Part shown: piece after piece, positions 42,983 through 56,366 of the stretch
Numbering within the stretch: position 1 is the stretch's first letter
How the letters are laid out: every line of letters begins with the position of its first letter
NCBI GenBank assembly: GCA_965207375.1
Contig: CBDBMG010000003.1
Span: 704,001-768,000, forward strand
DNA length: 64,000 nt
Reading direction: 5' to 3'
Source: Nitrosopumilaceae archaeon
Lineage (GTDB): Archaea > Thermoproteota > Nitrososphaeria > Nitrososphaerales > Nitrosopumilaceae
Position numbers and translations under genes: made by a program
Notes under the pieces: generated by a model
Database searches by the model: none
Told to the model about the DNA's origin: nothing
The model's input: the letters and a program-made list of their open reading frames with translations, nothing else

Positions 42983-43281
42983 ATGGACGCCGATCAAGCC
43001 GGACGTCAAGCCGTGGTTGGTGCACTGATGGAGGCTATTGCCAAGCTCTCTGGCACGGCAGTCACTTCAGCCGTGCCTAACCCCTCAGAATCAAGTTCTA
43101 TCGGTATTATGAGCCGTATCGGTACTACAGCCACTTGTATGAACAGCGGTTTCCGCAGTAGCAGTGGAAATACTAGCCTTATGACAAGCCACAAGTTTCC
43201 CATTATGATGTCGCGCCATCACCGTAAGAGTCAAGCAGACCCCCAACCTCAACCCGGATCATCTCTAGAGCTAATCTCGCG
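42983..43281 (+). CDS. Possible first exon of unknown (probably transposon) gene
   Basis: ATG-initiated, relatively GC-rich, Ser-rich frame ending at a GTATGT donor; no recognised domain. Confidence 0.35.
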
Positions 43282-43410
43282 GTATGTATATAGTAGCTAG
43301 CTGCATGTATATATAATAGCTATAGCTACTGTATACTCATGAAGCACTTTGTTTGCATAAGTATATAGTTGGCATAATTGTATAATATAAATCAATCTGT
43401 CCTTTCTTTC

Positions 43411-44090
43411 CAGGCACCTAAATTGTTTACAGGCACCTACTTTGCGCTTGTTAACAAGAGCGTTAACATGGCAAAGTAGCTGTATTATAGCAAAATACAT
43501 TCAAAAAACATCAAAATCTATTTGTCTAAGTTATATATTGGGACATATTATGGTAAAATACATCATGTCTGTTAATAGTATTAATGGGTGCAGGTACATT
43601 GCTAATTATATCACGTATGCACACGGCTGTTTTGTGTGACGAAGGCCCACATTCATTGACACCTGTGCTAGCCTTTTAACAGCACAGACAAAGAAAAAGG
43701 AAGATACTGAAGGATGAAAAGAAACATCATGGTACAGTGGATGAATCTTCATCGGAACAGCAGTTTTGTAAATCAGACGCGATTACCTTTGTTGTGTGAA
43801 AAATCTGGAGCCATACTTCTAGTACTAGTGGGTCTTACGGCAGGCAGTCCAGCAGTCCAGCAAGCAGTCAGATGAAATGCTGGTAGATTTGAAAATTTTT
43901 AAAGTTCTCTACTTATTGCATCAGTAGGGTTTTTGTGGTGTTTAATGAAGATACAGTGTTATTATAGTGTTACCAATTCATTTCAGTCAGTCGGTTTTTT
44001 TGGGTAAAGTATATTGTAAGGTGTGTTTATGAGGTGCGTAAAAGCGGTATACCATGTTTTTGTGTCAATCTCTACTATTACTTATTATAG
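43411..44090 (+). mobile_element. Family 1 element, second diverged copy without the palindrome
   Basis: Collinear with 14462-14861 plus 17858-18190. Confidence 0.75.
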
Positions 44091-45332
44091 CTTATGTACA
44101 CAAAATACACCTATTCATATTACAGTATGTATTTCCTTTACTGTTTAAGATTTTAGAAATCTACAAGTTGCATGAGATTCCCTATGAAAAGCTGCATAAA
44201 TGGTGTAAATTTTATTAGACTCCTATGATTAGTTATAAAGTTATTCAAGTTCAAAATCTCAAAATGTGATCAAATTTTATGTGTATAATTTTATTATAAG
44301 CCTTGTTTTCTCATGCTGGGTCACATATATAATAATCGTAAGTGGCAATTGGTCCAAAATTAAGATGCAGTTATAACGGGAGTAAAATGTTTGAGAATTC
44401 ATTATAGAATGGTTTGATGCTATTTCAACTTAATTATTAAGTATTGTAGTCTCCATGCATGATCCATACAGTGTAGCAGACTATTATTCACACCAGACTG
44501 TCTACAGGAGTATACGTAGCTATTGATCAATCATATTTCCTATTCCGAATTATTACAGGCTTGTTACAAGCCAAGGTGTCAGAGGTGGGATATCCTAGGC
44601 CTGATCAGGCCTTCAAACCACTCATGCTTACCTGTAAACCTACAAGTTCATTAACAAAAATATATAATCTTACTAACCATTCAGGGGGTACTCTATACAT
44701 CTATTGCAGACACCTCAAATAAAACACGATTATTTACCTCATGCAAAATTAATGCATTCAACAATTACCTCATCCAACTGTATAATTATGTTTACGTACG
44801 TATACATATGTATGCTTATGCATGTGATAATAGTAATACTATAGCTATAGCCACATATATAATTATCAGTATTGTTGATGATAATTCACCATATTCAATA
44901 ACAATGAATGACAAAAATCTATAACTGTATAGTTTGTTAGTGAATTGTTACCATATGCATAATTATTATCATCATATAATAGTCACAAGTTAAATTACCA
45001 TGTACTGCATGTATGTACAGTGACATATCTGTAAATCTTGGGCTTGTTGGCAAAACATGACTAGGCTTAATAAACCAAAAGTTGATTAATCACATTTAAC
45101 AGAGTAAGGGACTAAGGGGAATACGTAGCTGAATAGGAGGGGAATATTTAATGTTAGCTCGGAAGCTATTTAAGTGTGGGAACCAAAAAGATGTAGCAAA
45201 ATACACATTTTTATTGAAAAATTAATTCCTATGGAAATTTCATTAAAAATACAGGGAAAATGACCCCACTGACCCCCTATTCTGGCACCCACATTTATAT
45301 GTGCATATGTCTGTGTGTGTGAGAGTGTATAT

Positions 45333-45990
45333 GTGACAGAGCCTGAGAAAACAGGTCTTATTTACACATAAAATTTGTTCAGTATTTCAAATTTAACAGC
45401 TAACTCTTTTCCTAACACAGTATTTTCACATACGTTTTATCATAGCTACATGTATAATTATATGTAGAAATTCCTAAGGAATTCAATAAAACTAACAGAG
45501 TTTGAATAACATACACAGATAAAGAGATATATATATATGCATAATATGAATAGGTGTATTCTATGTAGTTTCTCAGGCCCGGTCACATATGTATATATAT
45601 GACCGGATTTGTGAAAAGGGGTCTTATAATACACGCATCCAATTTTCAACTTTAAGGAGATGTAACTCAGCTTGTAGTTGAGCTACAGCTTTGAAATTTT
45701 GTGACAAGACTTTCCTATCTTGAACTAATGTGGGCAAAAATTTTAATGTAATAGCTTAATCACAAACAAAGTTATGACTCATCAAAGTCATAAAATTGGA
45801 AGTGTGTATAAGACCCCTTTTTGCAAATCCAGTCACATATGTGACCCGGCATGAGAAAACCGGGCTTATGTACACAAAATACACCTATGCACATTACAAT
45901 GCATATCTTCTTCACTGTTTAAGATTGTAGACATCTACAAGAAATCTATCTTTAAGTAACTGCCAAATACAATTTTATGTACGTAAGTAC
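45333..45990. mobile_element. Cluster of three adjacent TGTGAC..GTCACA MITEs
   Basis: Termini at ~45333/45588, ~45599/45838 and a third start at 45840; relatives at 11411, ~44090-44325, ~49547 and ~57085/60220. Confidence 0.65.
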
Positions 45991-46131
45991 CATACGTACA
46001 TATATACATACGTACATACTGTGTAGCTACGTATGAGTTTTAACACATACATAATACATGTAAGACACTTGCAAAAGGTAGGAAATACTGATCCGTGATA
46101 ATGTACAATTGAAATATTAATATTTAATCAG

Positions 46132-48669
46132 GGATTTACCTAACACTAATTAGGTGAACTGGATGCTGAATTGGGAGTGCGGGATGACAGAGAAAAGTAT
46201 TATTTATTATGGAGAGAGGTAGGAGTAGTTGAACAGCTGACTGAATACGGCTCCTCTACTACATCAACAGAAAGTGTTGTGATAGGTACGTAGGTATAAT
46301 ATATGCCTACAGGGGTACATATCTAATTGTTTGTGTACATGCATTTAAGCTTCATAACAGATTATTTTGTACTTATTTTGTTAGAGTTAGATAGTTTATT
46401 TAATGAAGCCTGGATCTTATTGTCCAAATCGGAAGAAATGAAGGATCAGCTGCAAGTGCTGGAATCATGATTGCACATTACAAATGATGAAACAAGGCAG
46501 CAGTGCATTGTAGAAGGAAAGTGTTTGGCAATAAAGCGGAAACTTGAGTCGCTTCAGGCAGATATGGAGATGTCCTATCTTAGTATAAAGAAAAAGCAAG
46601 TTGCTATTCAAAGTTTTGCAAGTAAATAAATAAATGTAGAATATAATATTGATTTACTGTCCATATGTATTAATATCTAACACAGCCTCTAGTAAACAAC
46701 GATCACATTTGAGAAGAGCCATAACATCAGAAAAAAGAAATTAACTAAATGTGTACAGAAATACAATGATTTATGCATTGAAGATGCAAATTATTGTGCA
46801 ACTTCTGTTTCTGCTGTTATAGATGGAGATTTTCCATGGTCTTTGCTTACAGGTTAAGTGGCATATACTCAGACAGCAGCTAGCTAATGTATAATCCTAT
46901 AGGTCAACGTCGCAGTGTTGATATTCAAAATAAATTACAAGCAGTTGAGATTTTTAATGAAACAGAGCGTTATAGAGAAGAAAGAGCATTGCTGATTGGT
47001 GAAATGAATAATCTCTTAAGATTTTACTACGGGGTGATACTGCCTTCTATTTCTCAAAGCATATCAGGTACCCATGCATGTACATGTACATACGTAGTTA
47101 CGTACATACATAAAGACAGCAGCTCATGCAATAGTATATACATGCATGCAGTCTTGCATAGTCAGACAATTTTACCTGTGGGTGTATGAAAAGGATATGG
47201 CAGAATAATGGCAGTGTTGTCACCCATGTAATTGGTACATTTTTGGGTATTATTTGTATTAGCTATTGTGCATTACGTATCACTTCAGAGGTATCACTAG
47301 ATTTTCTGAACAGGACTTCTATCATCATTGGCCTACGTCCTATACTAGCATATTATGAGCATGATACGTAATTTGGTTAATCATGCATTTGTATGATTAT
47401 TTGTTTAGAAAACGAAGAAATGTTACAACTGGACACTCATGATGGCACAGGAAGTCAAACTGATGAAGTAAGTTAAGTGTAGAACAAATGCAGAGAATCC
47501 TGTGTGGCTCCTTTGGCTCTTGCCTAGATTACATATGATACCCATAGGATTTAAGTCACTACTAGTCTGGGATTTTTCTACATTCAGTAGTTTATGTGTT
47601 TGAATATTTCTGACTCCCTGTTTAACAATTTTCTTTGTTGATCCATATGATTGTCCAAATGACATAGGATCATATACATACCATAAACGACTAATAAAGT
47701 TTTGCAAATTCATTTTGTCTGGCAAAATTTGGTCAGAAGCTATAACTGATATTATTTCTCCCATGCTCTGCATGTTATAGTGGGGCCGGCTGATGATTCC
47801 TCCCACTCAAAATATAATGGATGAAAAGTCACTGCATATGTATATATATATGTACGTACGTACATTAATACACATGTATTTATTATACCTACATATGTAC
47901 ACCTCTATATACTTATGTGGTGACTTACTGGCTGCACATGTAGAGATGTATGACATGTATTTATGAAACAAATCATGATCAGATGCCACTGTATACATAG
48001 TACGTAGCTATACTGGGTATAAATTATTTGTTTTGACAAATTGAATTCTCTCTGAAGATCATGTATATTATTCAATATAAGCAATTATGCAATATATAGG
48101 TCTAGAATATAAATTTTAATTTGCTGATGCAATTCAACAGAATATATTGTACAGCGGGTTTTGTCTGTGAGGTCCTAATTTTGCAAGGCATCACAAGATA
48201 GCAAATTTTAAACTGAGACAAAGTACAACAACAATAGACTTTTGTACGTATGTAGCTGTATGCAGTTCGCAAATGTAATATTACTGCTAGACTAGAAAAT
48301 CAACTTGCAAAAATTGAGGCACCTCACAAATATATACAGGAAGTTATGTATATGTTAATACATAAACAGTATACAGTTCATAACATTATTATATAATTTT
48401 TATTATTACATGATTAGGTGATAACAAGACGGTACCATTCAGTGAGCAGAGACACAACATATATTCAAGGCAAAGTAGCTTTACTATATAAGGCTAAAGA
48501 AAGAGCGCTGAGGCTACTGTCATCTGCTGTAGAAGTATTTAGACAAGTAGAGTTGAGAGGTGGAGAGGCTTTGCAATTATTGGAAATGGAGGATGAACAG
48601 GCGAGTCCAACAAGCGCTAGTGATGTGGATGATGACAGTTTGTCTAGTGGAGGATCTGATGAAGATTAA
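46132..48669 (+). pseudogene. C-terminal exons of a KDZ (Kyakuja-Dileera-Zisupton)-type transposase
   Basis: Spliced segments ...KQRSHLRRAITSEKRKL...YN...GDFPW, ERYREERALLIGEMNNLLRFY (the R..EE..LL..EM...L.F motif of the KDZ C-terminus) and an acidic tail; in-frame stops; catalytic core not found. Confidence 0.6.
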
Positions 48670-48829
48670 TCGTAGACTGATCATATAATATTATATATCT
48701 ATATTACCAGTAGCTACTTAGTATTGTTATATTACGTACGTATATTAAGTATATGCATATGCTGCGAGTGTTCATGCATGTATATATAATAATCATTCTC
48801 TACTGACTGTGTATACTGCACTTGCATTT

Positions 48830-49497
48830 TCAAACCAGGCGCGCGCCGACCGTCGACCGCATGCCGGCGCGCGCCTGGTTTCTTGATATTACTTTCATGC
48901 GGACGTCGGTATGCGTGCGTGCGTGTGTGTCTGTGTGTCCGCCCCCCGGGCTATTAAAAACTATTCACGTGAAATGAAGTCTGAATAGCCAATTAAACAA
49001 GTCCTACTACTTTTCAGTTTCTCTGTATGGCATTTGCTATCGATACTGTTGATGGGCGGGGCCTTAGTAACGAAGCGCGTCGTGTGTTACTTCCAAAGAA
49101 GAGCAAGGTAATGGCGTACTTGCCGTTCATTACACGGTAAAAGCCGTTTAACCAGTTGTACATTGCTAACAAGACGGAGCGCTTCAGTTTTAAAAGTGGG
49201 CGTTCCGTGCGGGTTGCGAAGCTTATAAAAGAAGACTGGCCTATGATGTTACAGTAAGAATTTCGGCATAAAACAACTTTATACTACTTTCAAAAAGTTT
49301 TATCACTAAAGTACTGGAGTACAAAGCGGGTTTAAACAGAAGAATTAAATTCGCATGCGTTGCTATCAGATATGTGTTCCTTAGTGATGAGTCTCTGCTC
49401 ACGTGACTCACTGGTGACGTCATTAAGGACTATTACAATACATTGATTAACAATAGATTAACAGTTGTTTTAACTTACACACAGTGCCTGGTTTTTA
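48830..49497 (+). mobile_element. Helentron-associated (DINE/HINE-like) non-autonomous element
   Basis: T-run, 5' hairpin AAACCAGGCGCGCGCCG...CGGCGCGCGCCTGGTTT, GT-rich microsatellite, 3' subterminal GCCTGGTTT; no TSD. Confidence 0.65.
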
Positions 49498-49729
49498 GAT
49501 GGTAATACGTCAACTTGTTAATCATGTGTGGTTATAGTATTATATATGTGACTGGATTTTGGAAAACAGACAATTTTGTCATATTTGACACCATTTATAT
49601 TTCTGTTTATTTCAGACACTCCAGATGGTTCTACTGGTTTAATAAGTGGTTAAATCATTAACACACAACTTAAATTACTATTTAAATTAAGCATAGGAAA
49701 TAGTTTAGAAGTAGCTATACGTACGAATA

Positions 49730-51366
49730 TCAAGACTCACGATAGTGAGTCGCGAGGCCAAGAAGAAGCAGCCGTACGCGACGAATGAGTGAGTTATTTA
49801 CACGTAGCACCGCTCTGAAATTTGAAAACGCTGTAACTAAGCCGCCACGACAGCTATCGCCTAGTTATTCAGGACTCAGAACGTTCTAACCATATAGAAT
49901 TAGTAACCCGACAATGGAGGAAATCGGCGCCACCAATCCTAAGTACCAGCCATTGCGAGTTTTATGGCACCCGTTCGTGCGCCCACGCTCGAAAAACCAT
50001 CCCCTTGGCACCTACTTACTCGTTTACTAAACAAATAGTACCTTCAATGTATGAAGAATCGTTGACCTGAAGTCGTTTGATATCCATGACACGAGTTTTC
50101 CGTACGCGCCTTATAAACTCCTTCCTGTAATCAAAAATATTTTAGGCGCCCGTCGTTTTTTTTTCTTTCTTCTTTCTTTCTTTCATTTTCATCGCACACT
50201 TTTTGTGCGCTTGCGCGTGAATTCCGGAATTTCTATTTAAAACACTCACACTTATTTGTCTAATAACTCACTCATTTCTGCATGGATTTCAACCAAATTT
50301 GTATCAACACTTCTCCTATGTATGCTCTACCAGAAACACAACTTTCAGCATAAAGCAAATATCTAACTATATTTGAGAGATACTTTTACACTGCATGTTG
50401 ATAGTTTCCATAACTCAGACCCCCTCTAAATCATTTGAATAAAATTTCAGATACACAAACTATATTGATATATGAATCTTCAGGATAAGTTTAAAGAAAT
50501 TGTGACACTTCAGTTTGTCAAAATTAGCCTTTAATGATCATTCATGCTTATGTGCCATGCAAGATAATTATACCAAACAACACAAGGTGAACAGTGGCCA
50601 CACATTATAAATAGGAGACCACTGTCCTGTTAGCATGCACAAAATTTATTTATAGCATTATAATATATCTTCTCCTGTAGATCAATCAACAGTACAGGAC
50701 ATGATGGCAATGATGTAGCCTTCATTGAGGTTCTTCACTGTTCTCCACCTATATACATAGCTAACAATTATAGTAATACGTACTATATATGTTCATTAGC
50801 TACTTGGGGGAAATACAAGCCGGGGAAACACCTAAAGTATTAACTTCCAGCTCCTCTCCCCTTTAAATTTTTATTACTCTGCATACTTCATATAAGGTTT
50901 CTTGTCAGGACTTGTTTATAATTGTAATCTATTTACAAAAAGCAGTGATATGCTAAGCAAAACAGCCTGGCTGTAAAAAAAGTGCGAGGCCAATCAGAAG
51001 CCACAATGGCTATAAGCGACCAAAATCTCTGATATCAACTAAGGCCAAGAAGTTGAACATTTTATTAAGAATCCTTTTACTTGAATGACATACAATAGTT
51101 TACAGGGCATTTTCACAACTATGATTGGCTTTGTCACTTGGCCACCTTTTTGTACTATCATCTTTTATAAGGTGGCCAAGTGACAAAGCCAATCATAGTT
51201 GTGAAAATGCCCTGTAAACTATTGTATGTCATTCAAGTAAAAGGATTCTTAATAAAATGTTCAACTTCTTGGCCTTAGTTGATATCAGAGATTTTGGTCG
51301 CTTATAGCCATTGTGGCTTCTGATTGGCCTCGCACTTTTTTTACAGCCAGGCTGTTTTGCTTAGCA
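49730..51366 (-). mobile_element. Foldback-ended element family 2, copy C
   Basis: Same length as copy B and essentially the same sequence; palindrome 50950-51367. Confidence 0.92.
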
Positions 51367-51559
51367 TATACTTGTTGTGTACAAAGACAGTGTTTACTTG
51401 AGCTCACCCTGGAAATCTGTTAAACATGTATATACATAACATGATAATACTATGTATCCAATACATTGTGACGGTACATAGCAAGTGCAGGACATTATGA
51501 TTTGGTGGCTATCTGATTAGTACTTAGACCCAACACCTATTATAAATTTCTTACACACT

Positions 51560-52545
51560 GCAATATGAAACTAAGCTGATGTTACAAACATTTAAAAACA
51601 GCAAAAATTATTTTACACTTGATGAGTTTAACTCTCGATTGGAAAACTTGGAGCTCAGATATATGGAGTCCAAAAGTCGTCCCACCCTTCTTTCACATAA
51701 AACTTTAAATTCACAAAGCAATTCTTTGAAGCAAAATGGTTTGTGAATATTATGTACATTAACTGTTACAATTGTTTATTTGCAGCATCGCAAATGAACC
51801 TATTGGGGCATGTTTTACCACTGATTATTGGAGATTTTGTTCTTGAAGATGATCAGCATTGGGAATTATTTCTACAATTGATGGATATTGTGGATATACT
51901 GTTTTCACCAACCACTTCAGCTGATTTTGCTGCTTATGTATCTACACTTATCAGTGATCATCATCACGAGTTTTGTAAGTTATACCCTGAACACAGTGTG
52001 ATTCCAAAGATGCACTTTATGGTGCACATGCCACGATTAATGATTCAGTAAGAAGAAGTTTGTGTTAAGTGTATATAAGTTGTAATTTTTTAGATTTGGA
52101 CCCTTAGTTCGACATTGGACAATGAGATTCGAAGCAAAGCATTCCTATTTTAAGCAATTATCACATTCAATGGGTAATTTTATTAACATTACATTTTCAC
52201 TAGCAATGAGGCACCAGCAATATCAGTGCTACCTGAATATGAATACTAGTGATTTGTTTCAATGGTCTGATTGCATTGAAGTTGGAAAAGGTAATATAAA
52301 AAACTGGAAAATTCTGAAGGCTTTAATTTTCAATGATTTATGGAATAATATTTCAACAGTAGTATTGTTACAATGCTTATGACTAATTTTACTACTTCTC
52401 AACTGAATCTTTGACCTTTGAAATTTTCCAGTTTTATAGAATATGTATATATGGTTATATACGTATTTGTGAGTATTACAGGGTCGGTAGTTTCAAGTGA
52501 TAGACTGAAGGAGTATTTGGATCGTCCTGTTTCCAGCATTTTTAG
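51560..52545 (+). pseudogene. CACTA/EnSpm-type transposase C-terminal exons
   Basis: LQYETKLML, LPLIIGD, FCKLYP...PKMHFMVH, FGPLVRHWTMRFEAKHSYFK and LAMRHQ, with GT-AG introns. Confidence 0.8.
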
Positions 52546-52664
52546 GTAAGAATAAAGTGCATTCCCAGATAGGATTTTCATATTTCAGAATTGGGCTGGA
52601 CAGACCAGATTATTAATACTGACCGTACTTTATTTTAGGATCAAGGCATTCAAATGATTTACTA

Positions 52665-54354
52665 CCGTATAGCGGATTAATTTTGAGGGGGGAATTTCGA
52701 GGATAGGCTAGTATAAATTGTTCGTGAATAAACTTTCGAGGATTAGCTTAGTGTTGTTTTAGTTAATCAAAACTAAAACTAAAAATAATTTTAGTAAAGC
52801 AGTTATATTTTAGTTAACTAAAACTAAAACTAAAACTAAAATTAATTGCAAGTCAGTACTAAAACTAAAACTAAAACTAAAATTAATTGTGAGTCAGTAC
52901 TAAAACTAATACTAAAACTAAAATTAATTGTGACTCGGTACTAAAACTAAAACTAAAACTAAAATTAATTGCAAGTCAGTACTAAAACTAATACTAAAAC
53001 TAAAATTAATTGTGAGTCGGTACTAAAACTAAAACTAAAATTAATTGTGAGTCAGTACTAAAACTATAACTAAAACTAAAATTAATTGCGTGTCAATACT
53101 AAAACTAAAATTAATTGCAAATCAGTACTAAAACTAAAATTAAAACTAAAATTAAATGTTAGTCAGTACTAAAACTAAAACTAAAACTAAAATAGAATGT
53201 AAATTTTTACCAAAACTAAAACTAAAAGCATAACTAAAACTAAGGGTAATTACGTCTTCAAATGGCATATATGATGCAACATAATGCTGTTTAAGCCTGT
53301 TTTAAGCCTGTTTTTACTCAATACTAAAACTAAAAATAGTTTTAGTAAGACATTTTTATTTTAGTTAACTAAAACTAAAACTAAAATTAATTCAGAAATA
53401 TTACTAAAACTAAAACTAAAACTAAAAGTATTTAGAGATATAACTAAAACTAAAACTAAAACTAAAAATACTTCAGAAATCTAACTAAAACTAAAACTAA
53501 AACTAAAAATACTTCAGAAATCTAACTAAAACTAAAACTAAAAATATTTCAGAAATCTAACTAAAACTAAAACTAAAACTAAAAATATTTCAGAAATCCA
53601 ACTAAAACCAAAACTAAACTAAAAATAATTCAGTAATCTTACTAAAACTAAAACTAAAACTAAAATTATTGAGCTAAATTACTAAAACTAAAACTAAAAC
53701 TAAAAATATTTCAGAAATCTTACTAAAACTAAAACTAAAACTAAAAATAATTCAGTAATCTTACTAAAACTAAAACTAAAACTAAAATTATTGAGCTAAG
53801 TTACTAAAACTAAAACTAAAACTAAAATTACAAGCCCTTACTAAAACGACACTAGATTAGCTAACACAACCTATTCACAGATAAAATTTGCTATAAGGTA
53901 ATCATCATAAGACTGCACGCTATCCAGTGGTTAATGGCACCCTGCGCTAAAAGTAGCCTGGTGGTCTGGCCATCCATGCTTTTCAAGTTCTGGTATAGCT
54001 CTTCAATATTTGTTTTCGCTCCAATTCTGTAAGTATTCCTTTACACTGACACTACTGCTCGATCGCCTGTAAATTTGGATATTTCATGCTTGGGCGGATA
54101 TTTGGTACACAAAATTGTAAACTTCCAGCAGGCCGCACTGCATGTAGCTGCAATGCCATGCTCAGCTGTAAATTCAGCTCTGCTTTTGCTGAATCCTTGG
54201 AATAAGCTCCACTCTTGTCTAGCGTGGCTTTCCACATCATCTGTCTCCCGTGACCACAACTATTCAGTAGTTTTCGTAGTTTAAATTTCAAAGATAGAGC
54301 AAAATCCGTGAAAACCTTGAAAATTTCCCCCCTCGAAATTAACCCGCTGTACGA
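52665..54354. mobile_element. Tc2/pogo-type MITE hosting a nested hAT MITE
   Basis: TA|CCGTATAGCGGATTAATTTTGAGGGGGGAA ... TTCCCCCCTCGAAATTAACCCGCTGTACGA|TA. Confidence 0.75.
52749..53854. mobile_element. hAT-type MITE composed largely of (ACTAAA)n arrays
   Basis: TIR TAGTGTTGTTTTAGT / ACTAAAACGACACTA; perfect 8-bp TSD GATTAGCT (52741-52748, 53855-53862). Confidence 0.88.
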
Positions 54355-54680
54355 TAATCATCTCCAATACCCGGTTAAGTTTAGACTTCTTGTGGTGTGG
54401 TTGTGTAATTCGGGATGTTCATCAGATAAGGCGCCCGGCTATGTAGGTCTTTATAGGATGTAACGGCATTGATTAACATGTGGTTTATATCGGGTACAAG
54501 CCATATAATGATGAAGAGGACCAAGGCGCATAAGTTTATACTTACTGATGTTGAAGTTCATAATCAACTGCCAACAGATGGAGTTCAAGTCATTTGGAAG
54601 GCCATAGTAGATCATCATCGCTGTTTCTAATTACCTGAAATTTTAGTTTCATCTGTAAACGCATACATGACACTTGATAC

Positions 54681-55003
54681 TAGGGCTGAGCAACTATCTG
54701 TATACGTAGTATTCACTATCATGATACGTGGTTTGAGATTATTCATGAATAAGATAGTAGACTGCCCGACTATTTGAATAGTAATTTCTACAAAAATTCA
54801 TAGAAAATGTGCCAATAATAATGCAAAATCAAAACATATGGGTAATCTGACATTGATAATATGTGATAACTAGCTGTTTCTTTTCCTTTATATACTGAAA
54901 TACTAACTATATACGTAGCTAACTATCGTGATAGTATTCATAATCGTGAATAGTCAGTGTCTTACTATTGTGATAGCATTATTTTCACTATCGCTCAGGC
55001 CTA
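54681..55003. mobile_element. hAT-type MITE
   Basis: TAGGGCTGAGC / GCTCAGGCCTA; 8-bp TSD CTTGATAC. Confidence 0.88.
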
Positions 55004-55283
55004 CTTGATACGACTTAAGGTACATAGCAGCTTGATTATTCACATGCATGATGAAAAGAAGAGGATCCAAAATGTTGATCCCCAGGGGACACTACAAATA
55101 ACTTTTCTGCTTAAAAGAAAATTGCTTATCCAACTAATATGTTTACCATGGATGCTGAATTTGGCTATAGGTTGTGTACTGAATGCTGGTTAGCTATATG
55201 TGTATGTTAGTAATATATATGTATACTCCAGACCCATAAAAGACATATATGTACATAGCCATACTACATAGTGTCACACATAC

Positions 55284-55739
55284 AAGTAGAACCATTAGAA
55301 CCAATGGAATCATGGGAACCAGTGGAACGACCAGAACCAATGGAACCATTAGAACCAGTGGAACCATTAGAACCAGTGGAACCACCAGAACCAGTGGAAC
55401 CATGAGAACCACTGGAACCATTAGAACCAGTGGAACCACCAGAACCAGTGGAACCAATGGAACCATTAGAACCATTAGAACCAGTGGAACCATTAGAACC
55501 AGTGGAACCACCAGAACCAGTGGAACCAGTGAAACCATTAGAACCAGTGAAACCATTAGAACCAGTGGAACCACCAGAACCAGTGGAACCATTGGAACCA
55601 CCAGAACCAATGGAACCATTAGAACCAGTGGAACCACCAGAACCAGTGGAACCATTAGAACCAGCGGAACCACCAGAACCAGTGGAACCTTTAGAACCAG
55701 GAGAACCATTAGAACCAGTGGAATCAACCGAACCATTGG
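55284..55739 (-). CDS. Putative 456-bp phase 1-1 exon encoding (Gly-Ser-X)n repeats (9/18-bp tandem repeat)
   Basis: aatag|CC AAT GGT TCG...GGT TCT ACT T|gtatgt; stop-free frame NGSVDSTGSNGSPGSKGSTGSGGSAGSNG...; length divisible by 3. Confidence 0.6.
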
Positions 55740-55801
55740 CTATTCATTATAGCAATGTATTTATGTAATTATAATTAATATTTCGTGACTTTTATATCCA
55801 G

Positions 55802-56366
55802 AAACAGCCCAAAACCATGTGTCGGCGTTCATCAGATAATTCAGGCTGCACATCTGTTACTATCCATTCACATGGGATACAATACAATAAAACTCTTGGG
55901 TTGGTGAGAGGATATCAGAAAGGTACTATAGATTCTTTTTACTCAAACAAATATCTTCTTTATGGTATCAACGATGCATATGTTGATGGGGTGTCCATTA
56001 CGATCGGTAATCCTCGTAAACATGTCTGGACCTATGCATCAGGATTCTCTAGTGACCTAAGTTATGCTGCTTATAATTGTCCTTGCTCTGTTAGAAGCTC
56101 CTTCTTTTGTTCGTGAAGACTATTACTGCTCATCTGGTTGTTCAACAACTCCTGTTGGTGCTACTTACTACACCGATGACCCATTGTGGCAAGGAACTGG
56201 TTGCACCAACGCTAAAGATAACTGCTGTGCCGATGTTGGATTGCCCTGGTTCAATCGAGAGTTTCCCTTTCCACAAAATGACGACTTTGAAGTCAGGATC
56301 TGCTATAATCAAGTGTATGCTGATGAAGGCGTTCTGATTGATACCCTTGCACTGCTTGTGCAGTAG
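55802..56366 (+). pseudogene. Cysteine-rich secreted-type domain of a family expanded in sponges; one frameshift
   Basis: VRGYQKG, YVDGVSIT.GNPRKHVWTYA, NCPC, PSFV..DYYC.SG, DDPLW.G.GC, CC..LPWF and EVRIC; frame change near 56090. Confidence 0.7.

Noticed and set aside
47423-47806. 127-aa minus-strand ORF
   Set aside because: No recognisable motif; it sits in an intron of the KDZ-like remnant.
52749-53854. (ACTAAA)n as interstitial telomeric repeat
   Set aside because: Not TTAGGG, and enclosed by TIRs and an 8-bp TSD.
55194-55768. Listed repeat ORFs LVPLVL, GTIRTS and EPVEPL
   Set aside because: Alternative frames of one repeat; only the unlisted Gly-Ser-X frame has matching splice sites.
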